Shown: positions 63,422-64,000 of the stretch, in pieces
How positions within the stretch are numbered: the first letter of the stretch is position 1
Layout of the letters: each line of letters begins with the position of its first letter
From: Octopus vulgaris
Taxonomy: Eukaryota
NCBI GenBank assembly: GCA_951406725.2
Contig: OX597817.1
Location: 10,912,001-10,976,000, forward strand
Direction of reading: 5' to 3'
Length of the DNA stretch: 64,000 nt
The notes under the pieces: model-generated
Seen by the model: the letters and a program-made list of their open reading frames with translations, nothing else
Database searches by the model: none
What the model was told of the DNA's origin: nothing
Made by a program: the position numbers and the translations under genes

Positions 63422-63760
63422 TTAAACTTAAATGTTGAAGTGAATCTAACGGATTTTGTGTGTTTCTTAAATGGCCTACAAACACCTTCCACGCTGCAAT
63501 TGTTTTCTAAAAATATATGTTACAAGAAAGATTATATATTTGTAACAGACCAGAGAACTAAATACTTTATAATATGTAATTTTATCTTTGTTCATTCTGA
63601 GTTCAAATCCCACTAAAATTAATAGCAAAAATAACAGCAAAATATCAGATTTAATTCAGATGCTTACACCCTGCCTCCTCTGAAAAAATGAATCTTTCAC
63701 AAGTTACAAAGAATGTATATTTATTTAAACTAGAAATATAAATCTTTCAGACAAAAAGAA

Positions 63761-64000
63761 GAGTGGCTGTGTGGTAAGTAGCTTGCTAACCAACCACATG
63801 GTTCCGGGTTCAGTCCCACAGCATGGCATCTTGGGCAAGTGTCTTCTGCTATAGCCCCGGGCCAACCAATGCCTTGTGAGTGGATTTGGTAGACGGAAAC
63901 TGAAAGAAGCCTGTCGTATATATGTATATGTATATATGTATGTGTGTGTATGTGTTTGTATGTGTGTGTGTGTTTGTCTCCCTAGCATTGCTTGACAACC
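63761..64000 (+). mobile_element. SINE family A, cut by window end
   Basis: Consensus head. Confidence 0.85.

Larger units (their letters stand above)
63140..63507. mobile_element. asymmetric inverted repeat, probable Penelope-like pseudo-LTR remnant
   Basis: 152-bp arms 63193-63344 / 63356-63507 with 3 mismatches; hammerhead-like motif in each arm. Confidence 0.6.

Overview
AT-rich, intron- and repeat-dense eukaryotic DNA. The SINE/LINE repertoire suggests an octopus (coleoid cephalopod) genome; this is inferred from recalled repeat families, not from a database search. The window holds the 3' parts of two convergent spliced genes. On the + strand are the last 7 coding exons of a kindlin/fermitin (UNC-112 family) gene (7109-24533: FERM F2, PH insert, F3). 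On the - strand are the last 11 coding exons of DHTKD1, the 2-oxoadipate dehydrogenase E1 (62195-29581). All exons were reconstructed by hand with GT-AG boundaries and consistent phases. Introns are filled with at least four tRNA-derived SINE families, RTE and CR1/L2 LINE 3' fragments, hAT, Tc1-mariner and piggyBac-like MITEs, non-autonomous Helitrons and micro/minisatellites. Most unusual observations: (1) a 152-bp inverted repeat whose arms each fold into a minimal type-I hammerhead ribozyme with a swapped G3:C8 core pair (Penelope-like); (2) a nascent ~167-bp satellite built from an RTE tail between the two gene ends; (3) a PHD-like finger inside an RTE reverse-transcriptase remnant; (4) four long fold-back hairpins in DHTKD1 introns; (5) inverted SINEs bracketing kindlin PH exons. 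Most ORFs in the supplied track are repeat or low-complexity artefacts.
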